A DNA stretch of 64,000 bases from Mobula hypostoma (taxonomy: Eukaryota). The notes under the pieces are model-generated. The model had not been told where the DNA came from. It worked only from the letters and a program-made list of their open reading frames with translations, and did not search any database. The stretch covers positions 98,954,001 through 99,018,000 of the forward strand of contig NC_086107.1 of assembly GCF_963921235.1 (NCBI RefSeq). Direction: 5' to 3'. Shown in pieces: positions 1 through 13,387 of the stretch; within the stretch, counting starts at the first letter, position 1; every line of letters starts with the position of its first letter. A program made the position numbers and the translations under genes.

Positions 1-3000
1 ATGATGGGAGATGTGTAGAGTCCATAGTGGGAGATGTGTAGGGTGAATAGTGGGATAATAGTAGGGTCCATAGTGCGAGATGTGTAGAGTCGATGGTGGG
101 AGATGTGTGGGGTCCATGGTGGGAGATGTGTGGGTCCATGGTGGAAGATGCGTGGAGTCCATGGTGGGAGATGCGTGGGGTCCATGGTGGGAGAAGCGTG
201 GGGTCCATGGTGGGAGATGTGTAGGGTCCATGGTGGGAGATGTGTGGGGTCCATGGTGGGAGATGTGTGGGGTCCATGGTGGGAGATGTGTAGGGTCCAT
301 GGTGGGAGATGTGTAGAGTCCATGGTGGGAGATGAGTGGGGTCCATGGTGGGAGATGTGTAGGGTCCAGGGTGAGAGATGTGTGGGGTCCATGGTGGGAG
401 ATGTGTGGGGTCCATGGTGGGAGATGTGTAGGGTCCATGGTGGGAGATGTGTAGGGTCCATGGTGGGAGATGTGTAGGGTCCATGGTGGGAGATGTGTAG
501 GGTCCATGGTGGGAGATGTGTAGGGTCCATGGTGGGAGATGTGTGGGGTCCATGGTGGGAGATGTGTAGGGTCCATGGTGGGAGATGTGTGGGGTCCATG
601 GTGGGAGATGTGTGGGGTCCATGGTGGGAGATGGTGAGGGTCCATGGTGGGAGATGATGTGGGGTCCATGGTGGGAGATGTGTAGGGTCCATGGTGGGAG
701 ATGTGTGGGGTCCATGGTGGGAGATGTGTGGGTCCATGGTGGGAGATGTGTAGGGTCCATGGTGGGAGATGTGTAGGGTCCATGGTGGGAGATGTGTAGG
801 GTCCATGGTGGGAGATGTGTGGGGTCCATGGTGGGAGATGTTGGGGTCCATGGTGGGAGATGTGTGGGGTCCATGGTGGGAGATGTGTGGGGTCCATGGT
901 GGGAGATGTGTGGGGTCCATGGTGGGAGATGTGTGGGGTCCATGGTGGGAGATGTGTAGGGTCCATGGTGGGAGATGTGTGGGGTCCATGGTGGGAGATG
1001 TGTGCAGTGTCCATGGTGGGAGATGTGTAGAGTCCATGGTGGGAGATGTGTAGAGTCCATGGTGGGAGATGTGTAGGGTCCATGGTGGGAGATGTGTAGG
1101 GTCCATGGTGGGAGATGTGTAGGGTCCATGGTGGGAGATGTGTGGGGTCCATGGTGGGAGATGTGTAGGGTCCATGGTGGGAGATGTGTAGAGTCCATGG
1201 TGGGAGAAGTGTGGGGTCCATGGTGGGAGATGTGTGGGGTCCATGGTGGGAGATGTGTGGGGTCCATGGTGGGAGATGTGTGGGGTCCATGGTGGGAGAT
1301 GTGTAGGGTCCATGGTGGGAGATGTGTAGGGTCCATGGTGGGAGATGCGTGGGGTCCATGGTGGGAGATGTGTGAGGTCCATGGTGGGAGATGTGTGGGT
1401 CCATGATGGGAGATGTGTAGAGTCCATAGTGGGAGATGTGTAGGGTCCATGGTGGGAGATGTGTAGGGTCCATAGTGGGAGATGTGTAGGGTCCATGGTG
1501 GGAGATGCGTGGGGTCCATGGTGGGAGATGCGTGGGGTCCATGGTGGGAGATGTGTAGGGTCCATGGTGGGAGATGTGTGGGGTCCATGGTGGGAGATGT
1601 GTAGGGTCCATGGTGGGAGATGTGTAGGGTCCATGGTGGGAGATGCGTGGGGTCCATGGTGGGAGATGTGTGGGGTCCATGGTGGGAGATGTGTAGGGTC
1701 CATGGTGGGAGATGTGTGGGGTCCATGGTGGGAGATGTGTAGGGTCCATGGTGGGAGATGTGTAGGGTCCATGGTGGGAGATGTGTGGGGTCCATGGTGG
1801 GAGATGTGTAGGGTCCATGGTGGGAGATGTGTAGGGTCCATGATGGGAGATGTGTGGGGTCCATGGTGGGAGATGTGTAGGGTCCATGGTGGGAGATGTG
1901 TAGAGTCCATGGTGGGAGATGTGTAGGGTCCATGGTGGGAGATGTGTAGGGTCCATGGTGGGAGATGTGTAGGGTCCATGGTGGGAGATGTGTAGGGTCC
2001 ATGGTGGGAGATGTGTAGGGTCCATGGTGGGAGATGTGTGGGGTCCATGGTGGGAGATGTGTGGGGTCCATGGTGGGAGATGTGTAGGGTCCATGGTGGG
2101 AGATGTGTGGGGTCCATGGTGGGAGATGCGTGGGGTCCATGGTGGGAGATGTGTGGGGTCCATGGTGGGAGATGTGTGGGGTCCATGGTGGGAGATGTGT
2201 AGGGTCCATGGTGGGAGATGTGTAGAGTCCATGGTGGGAGTTGTGTAGGGTCCATGGTGGGAGATGTGTAGGGTCCATAGTGGGAGATGTGTAGAGTCCA
2301 TAGTGGGAGATGTGTGGGTCCATGGTGGGAGATGTGTGGGGTCCATGGTGGGAGATGTGTAGGGTCCATGGTGGGAGATGTGTAGGGTCCATGGTGGGAG
2401 ATGTGTAGGGTCCATGGTGGGAGATGTGTAGGGTCCATGGTGGGAGATGTGTAGGGTCCATGGTGGGAGATGTGTAGGGTCCATGGTGGGAGATGTGTAG
2501 GGTCCATGGTGGGAGATGTGTAGGGTCCATGGTGGGAGATGTGTGGGTCCATGGTGGGAGATGTGTGGGGTCCATGGTGGGAGATGTGTGGGGTCCATGG
2601 TGGGAGATGTGAGGGGTCCATGGTGGGAGATGTGTGGGGTCCATGGTGGGAGATGTGTGGGGTCCATGGTGGGAGATGTGTAGAGTCCATGGTGGGAGAT
2701 GTGTAGGGTCCATGGTGGGAGATGTGTGGGGTCCATGGTGGGAGATGTGTAGGGTCCATGGTGGGAGATGTGTAGGGTCCATGGTGGGAGATGTGTAGGG
2801 TCCATGGTGGGAGATGTGTGGGGTCCATGGTGGGAGATGTGTGGGGTCCATGGTGGGAGATGTGTAGGGTCCATGGTGGGAGATGTGTAGAGTCCATGGT
2901 GGGAGATGAGTGGGGTCCATGGTGGGAGATGTGTGGGGTCCATGGTGGGAGATGTGTGGGGTCCATGGTGGGAGATGTGTAGAGTCCATGGTGGGAGATG

Positions 3001-6000
3001 TGTAGGGTCCATGGTGGGAGATGTGTGGGGTCCATGGTGGGAGATGTGTAGAGTCCATGGTGGGAGATGTGTAGGGTCCATGGTGGGAGATGTGTAGAGT
3101 CCATGGTGGGAGATGTGTAGGGTCCATGGTGGGAGATGTGTAGGGTCCATGGTGGGAGATGTGTAGGGTCCATGGTGGGAGATGTGTAGGGTCCATGGTG
3201 GGAGATGTGTAGGGTCCATGGTGGGAGATGTGTAGGGTCCATAGTGGGAGATGTGTAGGGTCCATGGTGGGAGATGTGTGGGGTCCATGGTGGGAGATGT
3301 GTGGGGTCCATGGTGGGAGATGTGTAGGGTCCATGGTGGGAGATGTGTAGGGTCCATGGTGGGAGATGTGTGGGGTCCATGGTGGGAGATGTGTGGGGTC
3401 CATGGTGGGAGATGTGTAGGGTCCATGGTGGGAGATGTGTAGGGTCCATGGTGGGAGATGTGTGGGGTCCATGGTGGGAGATGTGTAGGGTCCATGGTGG
3501 GAGATGTGTAGGGTCCATGGTGGGAGATGTGTAGAGTCCATGGTGGGAGATGTGTAGGGTCCATGGTGGGAGATGTGTGGGGTCCATGGTGGGAGATGTG
3601 TAGGGTCCATGGTGGGAGATGTGTGGGGTCCATGGTGGGAGATGTGTAGGGTCCATGGTGGGAGATGTGTAGGGTCCATGGTGGGAGATGTGTAGGGTCC
3701 ATGGTGGGAGATGTGTAGGGTCCATGGTGGGAGATGTGTAGGGTCCATGGTGGGAGATGTGTAGAGTCCATGGTGGGAGATGTGTAGGGTCCATGAATGT
3801 GTGATGTGTGGGGTCCATGGTGGGAGATGTGTGGGGTCCATGGTGGGAGATGTGTAGGGTCCATGGTGGGAGATGTGTGGGGTCCATGGTGGGAGATGTG
3901 TGGGTCCATGGTGGGAGATGTGTAGAGTCCATTGTGGAGATGTGTAGAGTCCATGGTGGGAGATGTGTAGAGTCCATGGTGGGAGATGTGTAGGGTCCAT
4001 GGTGGGAGATGTGTGGGGTCCATGGTGGGAGATGTGTAGGGTCCATCGTGGGAGATGTGTAGGGTCCACAGTGGGAGATGTGTGGGGTCCATGGTGGGAG
4101 ATGTGTAGGGTCCATGGTGGGAGATGTGTGGGGTCCATGGTGGGAGATGTGTAGAGTCCATGGTGGGAGATGTGCAGAGTCCATGGTGGGAGATGTGTAG
4201 AGTCGATGGTGGGAGATGTGTAGAGTCCATGCTGGGAGATGTGTAGATTCCATGGTGGGAGATGTGTAGGGTCCATGAATGTGTGATGTGTGGGGTCCAT
4301 GGTGGGAGATGTGTAGGGTCCATGGTGGGAGATGTTTGCGGTCCATGGTGGGAGATGCGCAGTGTCTCTGGTGGGAGATGCGTGGGGTCCATGGTGGGAG
4401 ATGCGTGGGGTCCATGGTGGGAGATGCGTGGGGTCCATGGTTTGAGATGTGTAGGGTCCATGTTGGGAGATGTGTAGGGTCCATGATGGGAGATATGTAG
4501 AGTCCATGTTGGGAGATGTGTAGGGTCCATGGTGGGAGATGTGTAGAGTCCATGGTGGGAGATGTGTAGGGTCCATGGTGGGAGATGTGTGGGGTCCATG
4601 GTGGGAGATGTGTAGGGTCCATGGTGGGAGATGTGTAGGGTCCATGGTGGGAGATGTGTAGGGTCCACAGTGGGAGATGTGTGGGGTCCATGGTGGGAGA
4701 TGTGTAGGGTCCATGGTGGGAGATGTGTGGGGTCCATGGTGGAAGATGTGTAGGGTCCAAGGTGGGAGATGTGTAGGGTCCATAGTGGGAGATGTGTAGG
4801 GTCCATAGTGGGAGATGTGTTGGGCCCATGGTGGGAGATGTGTAGGGTCCATGGTGGGAGATGTGTAGGGTCCATAGTGGGAGATGTGTTGGGTCCATGG
4901 TGGGAGATGTGTAGAGTTCATTGTGGGAGATGTGCAGAGTCCATGGTGGGAGATGTGCAGGGTCCATGAATGTATGATGTGTGGAGTCCATGGTGGGAGA
5001 TGTGTCGGGTCCATGAATGTGTGCTGTGTGGGCTCCATGGTGGGAGATGTGTACAGTCCATGGTGGGAAATGTGTAGTGTCCATGAATGTGTGATGTGTG
5101 GGGTCCATGGTGGGAGATGTGTGGGGTCCATGGTGGGAGATGTGTAGGGTCCATGGTGGGAGATGTGTGGGGTCCAAGGTGGGAGATGTGTAGGGTCCAT
5201 AGTGGGAGATGTGTTGGGCCCATGGTGGGAGATGTGTAGGGTCCATGGTGGGAGATGTGTAGGGTCCATGGTGGGAGATGTGTAGGGTCCATAGTGGGAG
5301 ATGTGTTGGGTCCATAGTGGGAGATGTGTTGGGTCCATGGTGGGAGATGTGTGGAGTCCATTGTGGGAGATGTGTAGAGTCCATGGTGGGAGATGTGCAG
5401 GGTCCATGAATGTATGATGTGTGGGGTCCATGGTGGGAGATGTGTAGGGTCCATGAATGTGTGCTGTGTGGGGTCCATGGCGGGAGATGTGTACAGTCCA
5501 TGGTGGGAAATGTGTAGTGTCCATGAATGTGTGATGTGTGGGGTCCATGGTGGGAGATCTGTAGAGTCCATGGTGGGAGATGTGTAGGGTCCATGGTGGG
5601 AGATGTGTGGGGTCCATGGTGGAAGATGTGTAGGGTCCATAGTGGAAGATGTGTAGATTCCATGGTGGGAAATGTGTAGAATCCATGGTGGGAGATGGGT
5701 AGATTCCATGGTGGGAAATGTGTAGAATCCATGGTGGGAGATGGGTAGATTCCATGGTGGGAGATGTGTAGAATCCATGGTGGGAGATGTGTAGAGTCCA
5801 TGGTGGGAGATGTGTAGGGTCCATGGTGGGAGATATGTAGAGTCCATTGTGGGAGATGTGTAGAGTCCATGGTGGGAGATGTGCAGGGTCCATGGTGGGA
5901 GATGTGTAGGGTCCATGGTGGGAGATGTGTGGGGTCCATGGTGGGAGATGTGTGGGGTCCATGGTGGGAGATGTGTAGGGTCCATGGTGGGAGAAGTGTG

Positions 6001-9000
6001 GGGTCCATGGTGGGAGATGTGTGGGGTCCATGGTGGGAAATGTGTAGTGTCCATGGTGTGAGATGTGTAGAGTCCATGGTGGGAGATTTGCAGAGTACAT
6101 GGTGGGAGATGTGTAGAGTCGATGGTGGGAGATGTGTAGATTCCATGCTGGGAGATGTGTAGATTCGATGGTGGGAGATGTGTAGGGTCCATGAATGTGT
6201 GATGTGTGGTGTCCATGGTGGGAGATGTGTAGGGTCCATGGTGGGAGATGTTTGCGGTCCATGGTGGGAGATGTGTGGGTCCATGGTGGGGGATGTGTGG
6301 GTCCATGGTAGGAGATGAGTAGAGTCCATTTTGGAGATGTGTAGAGTCCATGGTGGGAGATGTGTAGAGTCCATGTTGGGAGATGTATAGGGTCCATGGT
6401 GGGAGATATGTGGGGTCCATGGTGGGAGATGTGTAGGGTCCATGGTGGGAGATGTGTAGAGTCCACGGTTGGAGATGTGTAGGGTCCACGGTGGGAGATG
6501 TGTAGGGTCCACAGTGGGAGATGTGTAGAGTCCATGGTGGGAGATGTGTAGAGTCCATGGTGGGAGATGTGTAGAGTCGATGGTGGGAGGTGTGTAGATT
6601 CCATGCTGGGAGATGTGTAGATTCGATGGTGGGAGATATTTAGGGTCCAGGAATGTGTGATGTGTGGGGTCCATGGTGGGAGATGTGTAGCGTCCATCGT
6701 GGGAGATGTTTGCGGTCCATGGTGGGAGATGCGCAGTGTCTCTGGTGGGAGATGCGTGGGGTCCATGGTGGGAGATGCGTGGGGTCCATGGTGGGAGATG
6801 CGTGGGGTCCATGGTTTGAGATGTGTAGGGTCCATGTTGGGAGATGTGTAGGGTCCATGATGGGAGATATGTAGAGTCCATGTTGGGAGATGTGTGGGTC
6901 CATGGTGGGAGGTGTGTAGAGTCCATGGTGGGAGATGTGTAGGGTCCATGGTGGGAGATGTGTGGGGTCCATGGTGGGAGATGTGTAGGGTCCATGGTGG
7001 GAGATGTGTAGGGTCCATGGTGGGAGATGTGTAGGGTCCACAGTGGGAGATGTGTGGGGTCCATGGTGGGAGATGTGTAGGGTCCATGGTGGGAGATGTG
7101 TGGGGTCCATGGTGGAAGATGTGTAGGGTCCAAGGTGGGAGATGTGTAGGGTCCATAGTGGGAGATGTGTAGGGTCCATAGTGGGAGATGTGTTGGGCCC
7201 ATGGTGGGAGATGTGTAGGGTCCATGGTGGGAGATGTGTAGGGTCCATAGTGGGAGATGTGTTGGGTCCATGGTGGGAGATGTGTAGAGTCCATTGTGGG
7301 AGATGTGTAGAGTCCATGGTGGGAGATGTGCAGGGTCCATGAATGTGTGATGTGTGGAGTCCATGGTGTGAGATGTGTAGGGTCCATGAATGTGTGCTGT
7401 GTGGGGTCCATGGTGGGAGATGTGTACAGTCCATGGTGGGAAATGTGTAGTGTCCATGAATGTGTGATGTGTGGGGTCCATGGTGGGAGATGTGTGGGGT
7501 CCATGGTGGGAGATGTGTAGGGTCCATGGTGGGAGATGTGTGGGGTCCAAGGTGGGAGATGTGTAGGGTCCATAGTGGGAGATGTGTTGGGCCCATGGTG
7601 GGAGATGTGTCGGGTCCATGGTGGGAGATGTGTAGGGTCCATAGTGGGAGATGTGTTGGGTCCATAGTGGGAGATGTGTTGGGTCCATGGTGGGAGATGT
7701 GTAGAGTCCATTGTGGGAGATGTGTAGAGTCCATGGTGGGAGATGTGCAGGGTCCATGAATGTATGATGTGTGGGGTCCATGGTGGGAGATGTGTAGGGT
7801 CCATGAATGTGTGCTGTGTGGGGTCCATGGTGGGAGATGTGTACAGTCCATGGTGGGAAATGTGTAGTGTCCATGAATGTGTGATGTGTGGGGTCCATGG
7901 TGGGAGATGTGTAGGGTCCATGGTGGGAGATGTGTAGAGTCCATGGTGGGAGATGTGTAGGGTCCATGGTGGGAGATGTGTGGGGTCCATGGTGGAAGAT
8001 GTGTAGGGTCCAAGGTGGGAGATGTGTAGGGTCCATAGTGGGAGATGTGTAGATTCCATGGTGGGAAATGTGTAGAATCCATGGTGGGAGATGGGTAGAT
8101 TCCATGGTGGGAGATGTGTAGAATCCATGGTGGGAGATGGGTAGATTCCATGGTGGGAGATGGGTAGATTCCATGGTGGGAGATGTGTAGAATCCATGGT
8201 GGGAGATGTGTGGAGTCCATGGTGGGAGATGTGTGGGGTCCATGGTGGGAGATGTGTAGGGTCCATGGTCGGAGATGTGTAGAATCCATGGTGGGAGATG
8301 TTTAGGGTCCACGGTGGGACATGTGTAGGGTCCACGGTGGGAGATGTGTGGGGTCCATGGTGGGAGATGTGTAGGGTCCATGGTGGGAGATGTGTAGGGT
8401 CCATAGTGGGAGATATGTTGGGTCCATGGTGGGAGATGTGTAGGGTCCATGGTGGGAGATGTGTAGTGTCCATGGTGGGAGATGTGTAGGGTCTATAGTG
8501 GGAGATGTGTGGGGTCCATGGTGGGAGATGCGTGAGGTCCATGGTGGGAGATGTGTGGGGTCCATGGTGGGAGATGTGTAGAGTCCATGGTGGGAGATGT
8601 GTAGGGTGTATAGTGGGAGATGCGTGAGGTCCATGGTGGGAGATGTGTGGGGTCCATGGTGGGAGATGTGTAGGGTCCATGGTGGGAGATGTGTAGGGTC
8701 CATGGTGGGAGATGTGTAGGGTCCATGGTGGGAGATGTGTGGGGTCCATGGTGGGAGATGTGTAGGGTCTATAGTGGGAGATGTGTGGGGTCCATGGTGG
8801 GAGATGCGTGAGGTCCATGGTGGGAGATGTGTGGGGTCCATGGTGGGAGATGTGTGGGGTCCATGGTGGGAGATGTGTGGGGTCCATGGTGGGAGATGCG
8901 TGAGGTCCATGGTGGGAGGGTTGTAGAGTCCATGGTGGGAGATGTGTAGTGTCCATGGTGGGAGATGTGTAGGGTCCATGGTGGGAGATGTGTCGGGTCC

Positions 9001-9017
9001 ATGGTGGGAGATGTGTG
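1..9017. repeat. 23-bp tandem satellite, consensus GGGTCCATGGTGGGAGATGTGT(A/G), about 390 units; may continue left of the window
   Basis: Directly visible periodicity; the ORF track returns the same peptides (MCRVHGGRCVGSMVGDVWGPWWE) in rotating frames; the array ends at about 9017 next to a SINE. Confidence 0.98.
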
Positions 9018-9039
9018 GCGTGCTGGTGAATGCTGCCCT

Positions 9040-9290
9040 TGGCGGTGCCTGCTGTAAGATTAGGGTTCAAATTCCGTCGCTGCCTGTAAGGTGTTTGTAT
9101 GTTTTTCCCCGTCAGAGCGTGGGTTTTGTCTGGCACTCCTGTTTCCTCGCACATTCCAAGTTGTGGGCATGCTGTATGGCACTAGGAGCATGGCATCGCC
9201 TGTGGGCTACCCAGTACGATCCTCGCTGATTTGATCTAATGCAAAGGACACATTTCACTGTATGTTTCGATGTACATGTACCAAATAAAG
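9040..9290 (+). mobile_element. Degenerate tRNA-derived SINE (V-SINE/HE1-like)
   Basis: B-box-like GGTTCAAATTCC followed by gctgcctgtaagg(t)gtttgtatgtt...ccccgt...gcgtgggttt, the same core as the copy at 59826. Confidence 0.6.
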
Positions 9291-9504
9291 ATGGTCCTTT
9301 CAGATTTCAGTCAGCTCCATCATGGGTACTGTACCAACCTCAAAACGGCAGCACCCATCACCCAGGACATTCCTTGCTCTCATTACTACCATCAGGAAGG
9401 AGGTACAGAAGCCTGAAGGCACATATTCACCAATTTAGGAACAGCTTCTTCCCCTCTGCCATCCGATTTCTGAATGGACATTGAACCCATGGGCACTACC
9501 TATC

Positions 9505-9990
9505 ACCATATAATAATTACAGCACGGAAACAGGCCATCTTAACCCTTCTAGTCCATGCTGAACTCTTACTCTCACCTCGTCCCACTGACCTGCACTCAG
9601 CCCATAACCCTCCGTTCCTTTCCTGTCCATATAGCTGTCCAATTTAACTTTAAGTGACAACATCGAACCTGCCTCAACCACTTCTGCTGGAAGCTCGTTC
9701 CACACAGCTACCACTCTGAGTAAAGAAGTTCCCCCTCATGTTTCCCCTAAACTTTTGCCCTTTAACTCTCAACTCATGTCCTCTTGTTTGAATCTCTCCC
9801 ACTCTCAATGGAAAAAGCCTATCCACGTCAACTCTATTTATGCCCCTCATAATTTTAAATACCTCTATCAAGTCTCCGTTCAACCTTCTACGCTCCAAAG
9901 AATAAAGACCCAACTTGTTCAACCTTTCTCTGTAACTTAGGAGATCAAACCCAGGTAACATTCTAGTAAATCTTCTCTGTACTCTCTCAG
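9505..9990 (-). mobile_element. CR1-type LINE 3' fragment (ORF2 C-terminus plus 3' UTR)
   Basis: ORF 9674..9961 (YRERLNKLGLYSLERRRLNGDLIEVFKIM...NFFTQ) and ORF 9517..9714 (WNELPAEVVEA) are typical CR1 ORF2 C-terminal motifs. Confidence 0.88.
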
Positions 9991-10559
9991 TACTTCCTTA
10001 TTTCTATTTTTGCACTACTTACTTAACTTCAATATTTAGTATACATTGTAATTCACTTTTTTCACTATTAATATATATTGCCATGTACTACTGCTGCAAA
10101 TACAAACAAAATTCACAACATATGCGGGTGATATTAAACCTGATTGGAGTGCTTTTGAGACTGTTGCATTTAGTTCTATTTAGTCATGCCTGGAAAATGT
10201 AAACACTCAGCTCCAGACAGCTTTTAATGCTGATCTGAGCTGATCCCCAACTTTCGTAAACAGAAGTCCCAAACTGAGGCCTCACACTGCCACTTCCCTT
10301 GACCACAAAGTATCAACGTCCTGGTGACTGAGGGCCTCTGTTGGGCCAATGTAGAACTGCAAGCACAGCAGCCACACGCGGAGGACGCCTGCTGGAAAGA
10401 GGCGGAACTGCAACAGAACTCAGAGGGCACCCACTGATGGGGCTCAGAACAGGAAGACCACCCACATCTCCCAGCTCAGCGCACGTAACCCACCCCATGA
10501 CAACCAATTCCAAGTTCCTCAAATCTGAGGTTGAAGACAAGCAAAACAGCTGGTCATTG

Positions 10560-11020
10560 CCTTCAGGAGGGGGCCGATGCCTATACTCCTATCCACATGA
10601 AAAGAGCTGTGGTCGACAGCCTTAAATTCCTAGTAGTGAACATCACCAACAGCCCGACCTGGTCCGACCACCATGGCCAAGAAAGCATGCCAGCTTCTCT
10701 ACTTCCTCAGGAGGCTAAAGAAATTTGGCACGTCCCGTCGACCCTTACCAATATTTATAAATGCGCCATAGAAAGCCCCCTATCTGGACACATGATGTCT
10801 TGGTACGGCAACTGCTCTGCCCATGATCGCAAAAAATTGCAGAAATTTGTGGACACAGTTCAGCACGTCACGTAAACCAATCTCCTCTCCATGGACAATG
10901 TCTATACTTAGTAAAGCAGCCAGCATAATTAAAGACCCCTCCCACCCCGTACATTCTCTCTTCTCCCCCTTCCGTTAGGCAGAAGATACAAAAGCCTGAA
11001 AACACCAGGCTCAAGGACAG
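10560..11020 (+). mobile_element. Rex1/Babar-like LINE ORF2 C-terminal fragment
   Basis: Peptide fragments LTNIYKCAIES...WYGNCSAHDRKKLQ resemble the element at 63005-64000; frameshifted. Confidence 0.65.
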
Positions 11021-11544
11021 TGGAATACGCCACTGTTGTCACTGACTTCATCAAGACCCGTAAAGATGAATTTCTGCCTTCAAGAGCGTACTGGATATAC
11101 ACAAACCAAAAGCCGTCAGGCAGGAGATTTGCAGTAAACTGAGGGCTTGATCTGTGGCGTCAAAGCCAGTGACCCCAAACGATACAAGAAGTTCAGGTAC
11201 GATGAATAGAAGGGTATGTTAAGAGTGGAAAAAAAACAATCTGATCGAAATTAGAAATGGAATCTGATGCACATCACCTCTGGCAGTGTTTGCAGGCAAG
11301 GTGAAACCTAACATCTGGAATGGCTGCGATGCTTCGCTCCCAGATGAGCTCAACTCCTTTTATGCACACTTTGAAAGGGAGAATAAAACTACACCTGCAG
11401 CCTCTGGTGACCTGTGATTATAGCTTTTATCCTGCCATTATAGACTATGGAATTGTTCCTAGTAAGATCAGGTCTTGACCTCACAAGCTAACTCGTTTGC
11501 ATCTTGTTGTTTACCTGTACCGTTGTTTCTCTGTAGCTGGAATA

Positions 11545-12400
11545 GGTAGATAGACACTGTTGAGGAAGCAGGGAGTTTGCAGGGACTGATTGGGAGAATG
11601 AGTGAACAAGTATCAGATGGAACACAGTGTTGGCAAGTGTATGCTCATGCACTTTGGCAGAAGGAATAAAGGTGAAGATTATTTTCTAAATGGGAGAAAA
11701 TTCAGAAATCAGAGGTGCAAAGGGACTTGGGAGTCCTCATGTAAGGATTCCCTAAAGGTCAACTTGCTGGTTGAGTTGGTGGTGAGGAGGACAATGTGAT
11801 GTTAGCATTCATTGTGAGAGAACTAGAATACAAAAGCAAAAATGTATGGCTGAGGGCTTAGAGGGCAATGGTCTTGGAGTATTGGGAGCAGTTTTGGGCC
11901 CATAACTAGGAAAAGATTTGTTAGCATTGGAGAGGGTCCAGAGGAGGTTCACAAGAATGATTCCAGGAATGAAAGGGTTAACATATGAGGAGCATTTAAT
12001 GGTGCTGGGTCTTTATTCATTGGAGTTTATAAGAATGAAGGGCGATCTCATTGAAACCTATTGGAAGGCCACGATCGAGTGGATGTTTCCTATCATAGGG
12101 AGTCTAGGACCAGAGAGTACAGCCTCAGAATAGAAGGACTTCCATTCACAAGAGACGAGGAACCATTTCTTTAGCCAGAGGGTTGTGAATTTGTGGAATT
12201 CATTGCCACAGATGGCTGTGATGGCCAAGCAATTGAGCATATTTAAAATGGAGGTTGATTGGTTTTCGGTTAATCAGGGTATCAAAGGTTATGGGTAGGA
12301 GACAGAACAGGGTTGAGAGGGATAATAGATCAGCCATGATGGAATGGCAGAGCAGATCTGATGGGCCAAATGGCCTAATTCTGCTCCTATGTCTTATGAT
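11545..12400 (+). mobile_element. CR1 LINE 3' fragment
   Basis: KC..MHFGRRN, LERVQRRFTRMIPG, GLYSLE..RMKGDLIET motifs; ends in a ctgctcctatgtcttatg tail. Confidence 0.88.
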
Positions 12401-13381
12401 AACACTTTATTCTGCAATGTTGTTTTACCTCACTGCACTGTCATGATTTAATCTGTGTGAACAGTATACAAGCTTTTCACTGTATCTTAGAACATGTGAC
12501 AATATTGAACCAATTCAGTCAACCAGAGCATGCTCAGGTAGCGGCTTCAATTACCCCTAAAAATCATCGATAATTCCACCCAAGATGCTGCTGCAGCCAC
12601 TGAGCTCCAGCAGTTCATGTTTCACTGGGTTAAGTCAGTGACTGAGACATTCTCCCTTTCTTAGACCATTCCACTTCATTTTAAGAGGTCTAAGACGTTT
12701 CACCATTACCCTCAGAGGCTGGAGCGTGGCTGTCCACACTGCCTTCACCCCTCAGTCAAAAACTCACTGAGTCAGGCAACAGCTGTGATGGTCAATATTT
12801 TTCTGTGGAGTCCCTGCATTAGCAGTGCAGAGGGAAGACAGGTGATAGAAAGAGACAGAACCAGGTGAGGTGGGGTGGGAGAAGATCAGCAGGTGGAGGC
12901 AACCAAATGGTATACAGAATGAATTCTCTGATTTCAGGTTACCCACTCCCATCAGTTCACCCGGAGCCTCTGTTTCTCTGTTCACCATTTCCCCGTTACC
13001 AGATTCATGACCCTAGTCCATCTGCATATTATCCACATTCCCAACCACCTTCTCTTTACTCTTAACATCCCTTATCCCTTCCCCATTTGCCCAAGGTTAT
13101 CCCTTTCCTTCCTACCCTCCCAAACCTGGGCTCCACCTGCCCATCATCTCACACCCTCCCTTTCCCCTCTGAATTCCCTGCCCTGATGCACGGTCTCCAC
13201 CTGAAATGTCACCCACTCTCCCACCAACACCACCCTGCTTGACCCACTGACCCCACCACCCCAGCAGTTTGTTTTTTTTGCTCTGGATTCCACCTTCTCC
13301 ACTTCTTGTGCCTTTACCTCTCAATTATCTTTCTTGTTTCCAAATGACCAACACAGGACACGGTGTTTATGATACTGGCTG

Positions 13382-13387
13382 TTTATT
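13382..13387 (-). terminator. Candidate polyadenylation signal (AATAAA) of RRP7A, giving a 3' UTR of about 1.07 kb
   Basis: tttatt on the + strand about 1.07 kb past the stop; an ATTAAA alternative lies near 13915-13920. Confidence 0.5.

Noticed and set aside
4918..8979. Long minus-strand ORFs (546, 549 and 225 aa) as protein-coding genes
   Set aside because: They are direct translations of the 23-bp satellite, whose C-rich strand lacks stop codons; there is no splice or promoter context.
1..9017. CRISPR-like array
   Set aside because: The units are head-to-tail with no unique spacers, and the context is vertebrate.
10230..10420. Possible exon of a neighbouring gene
   Set aside because: Open frames exist on both strands, but there is no recognisable homology and no matched splice-site pair.
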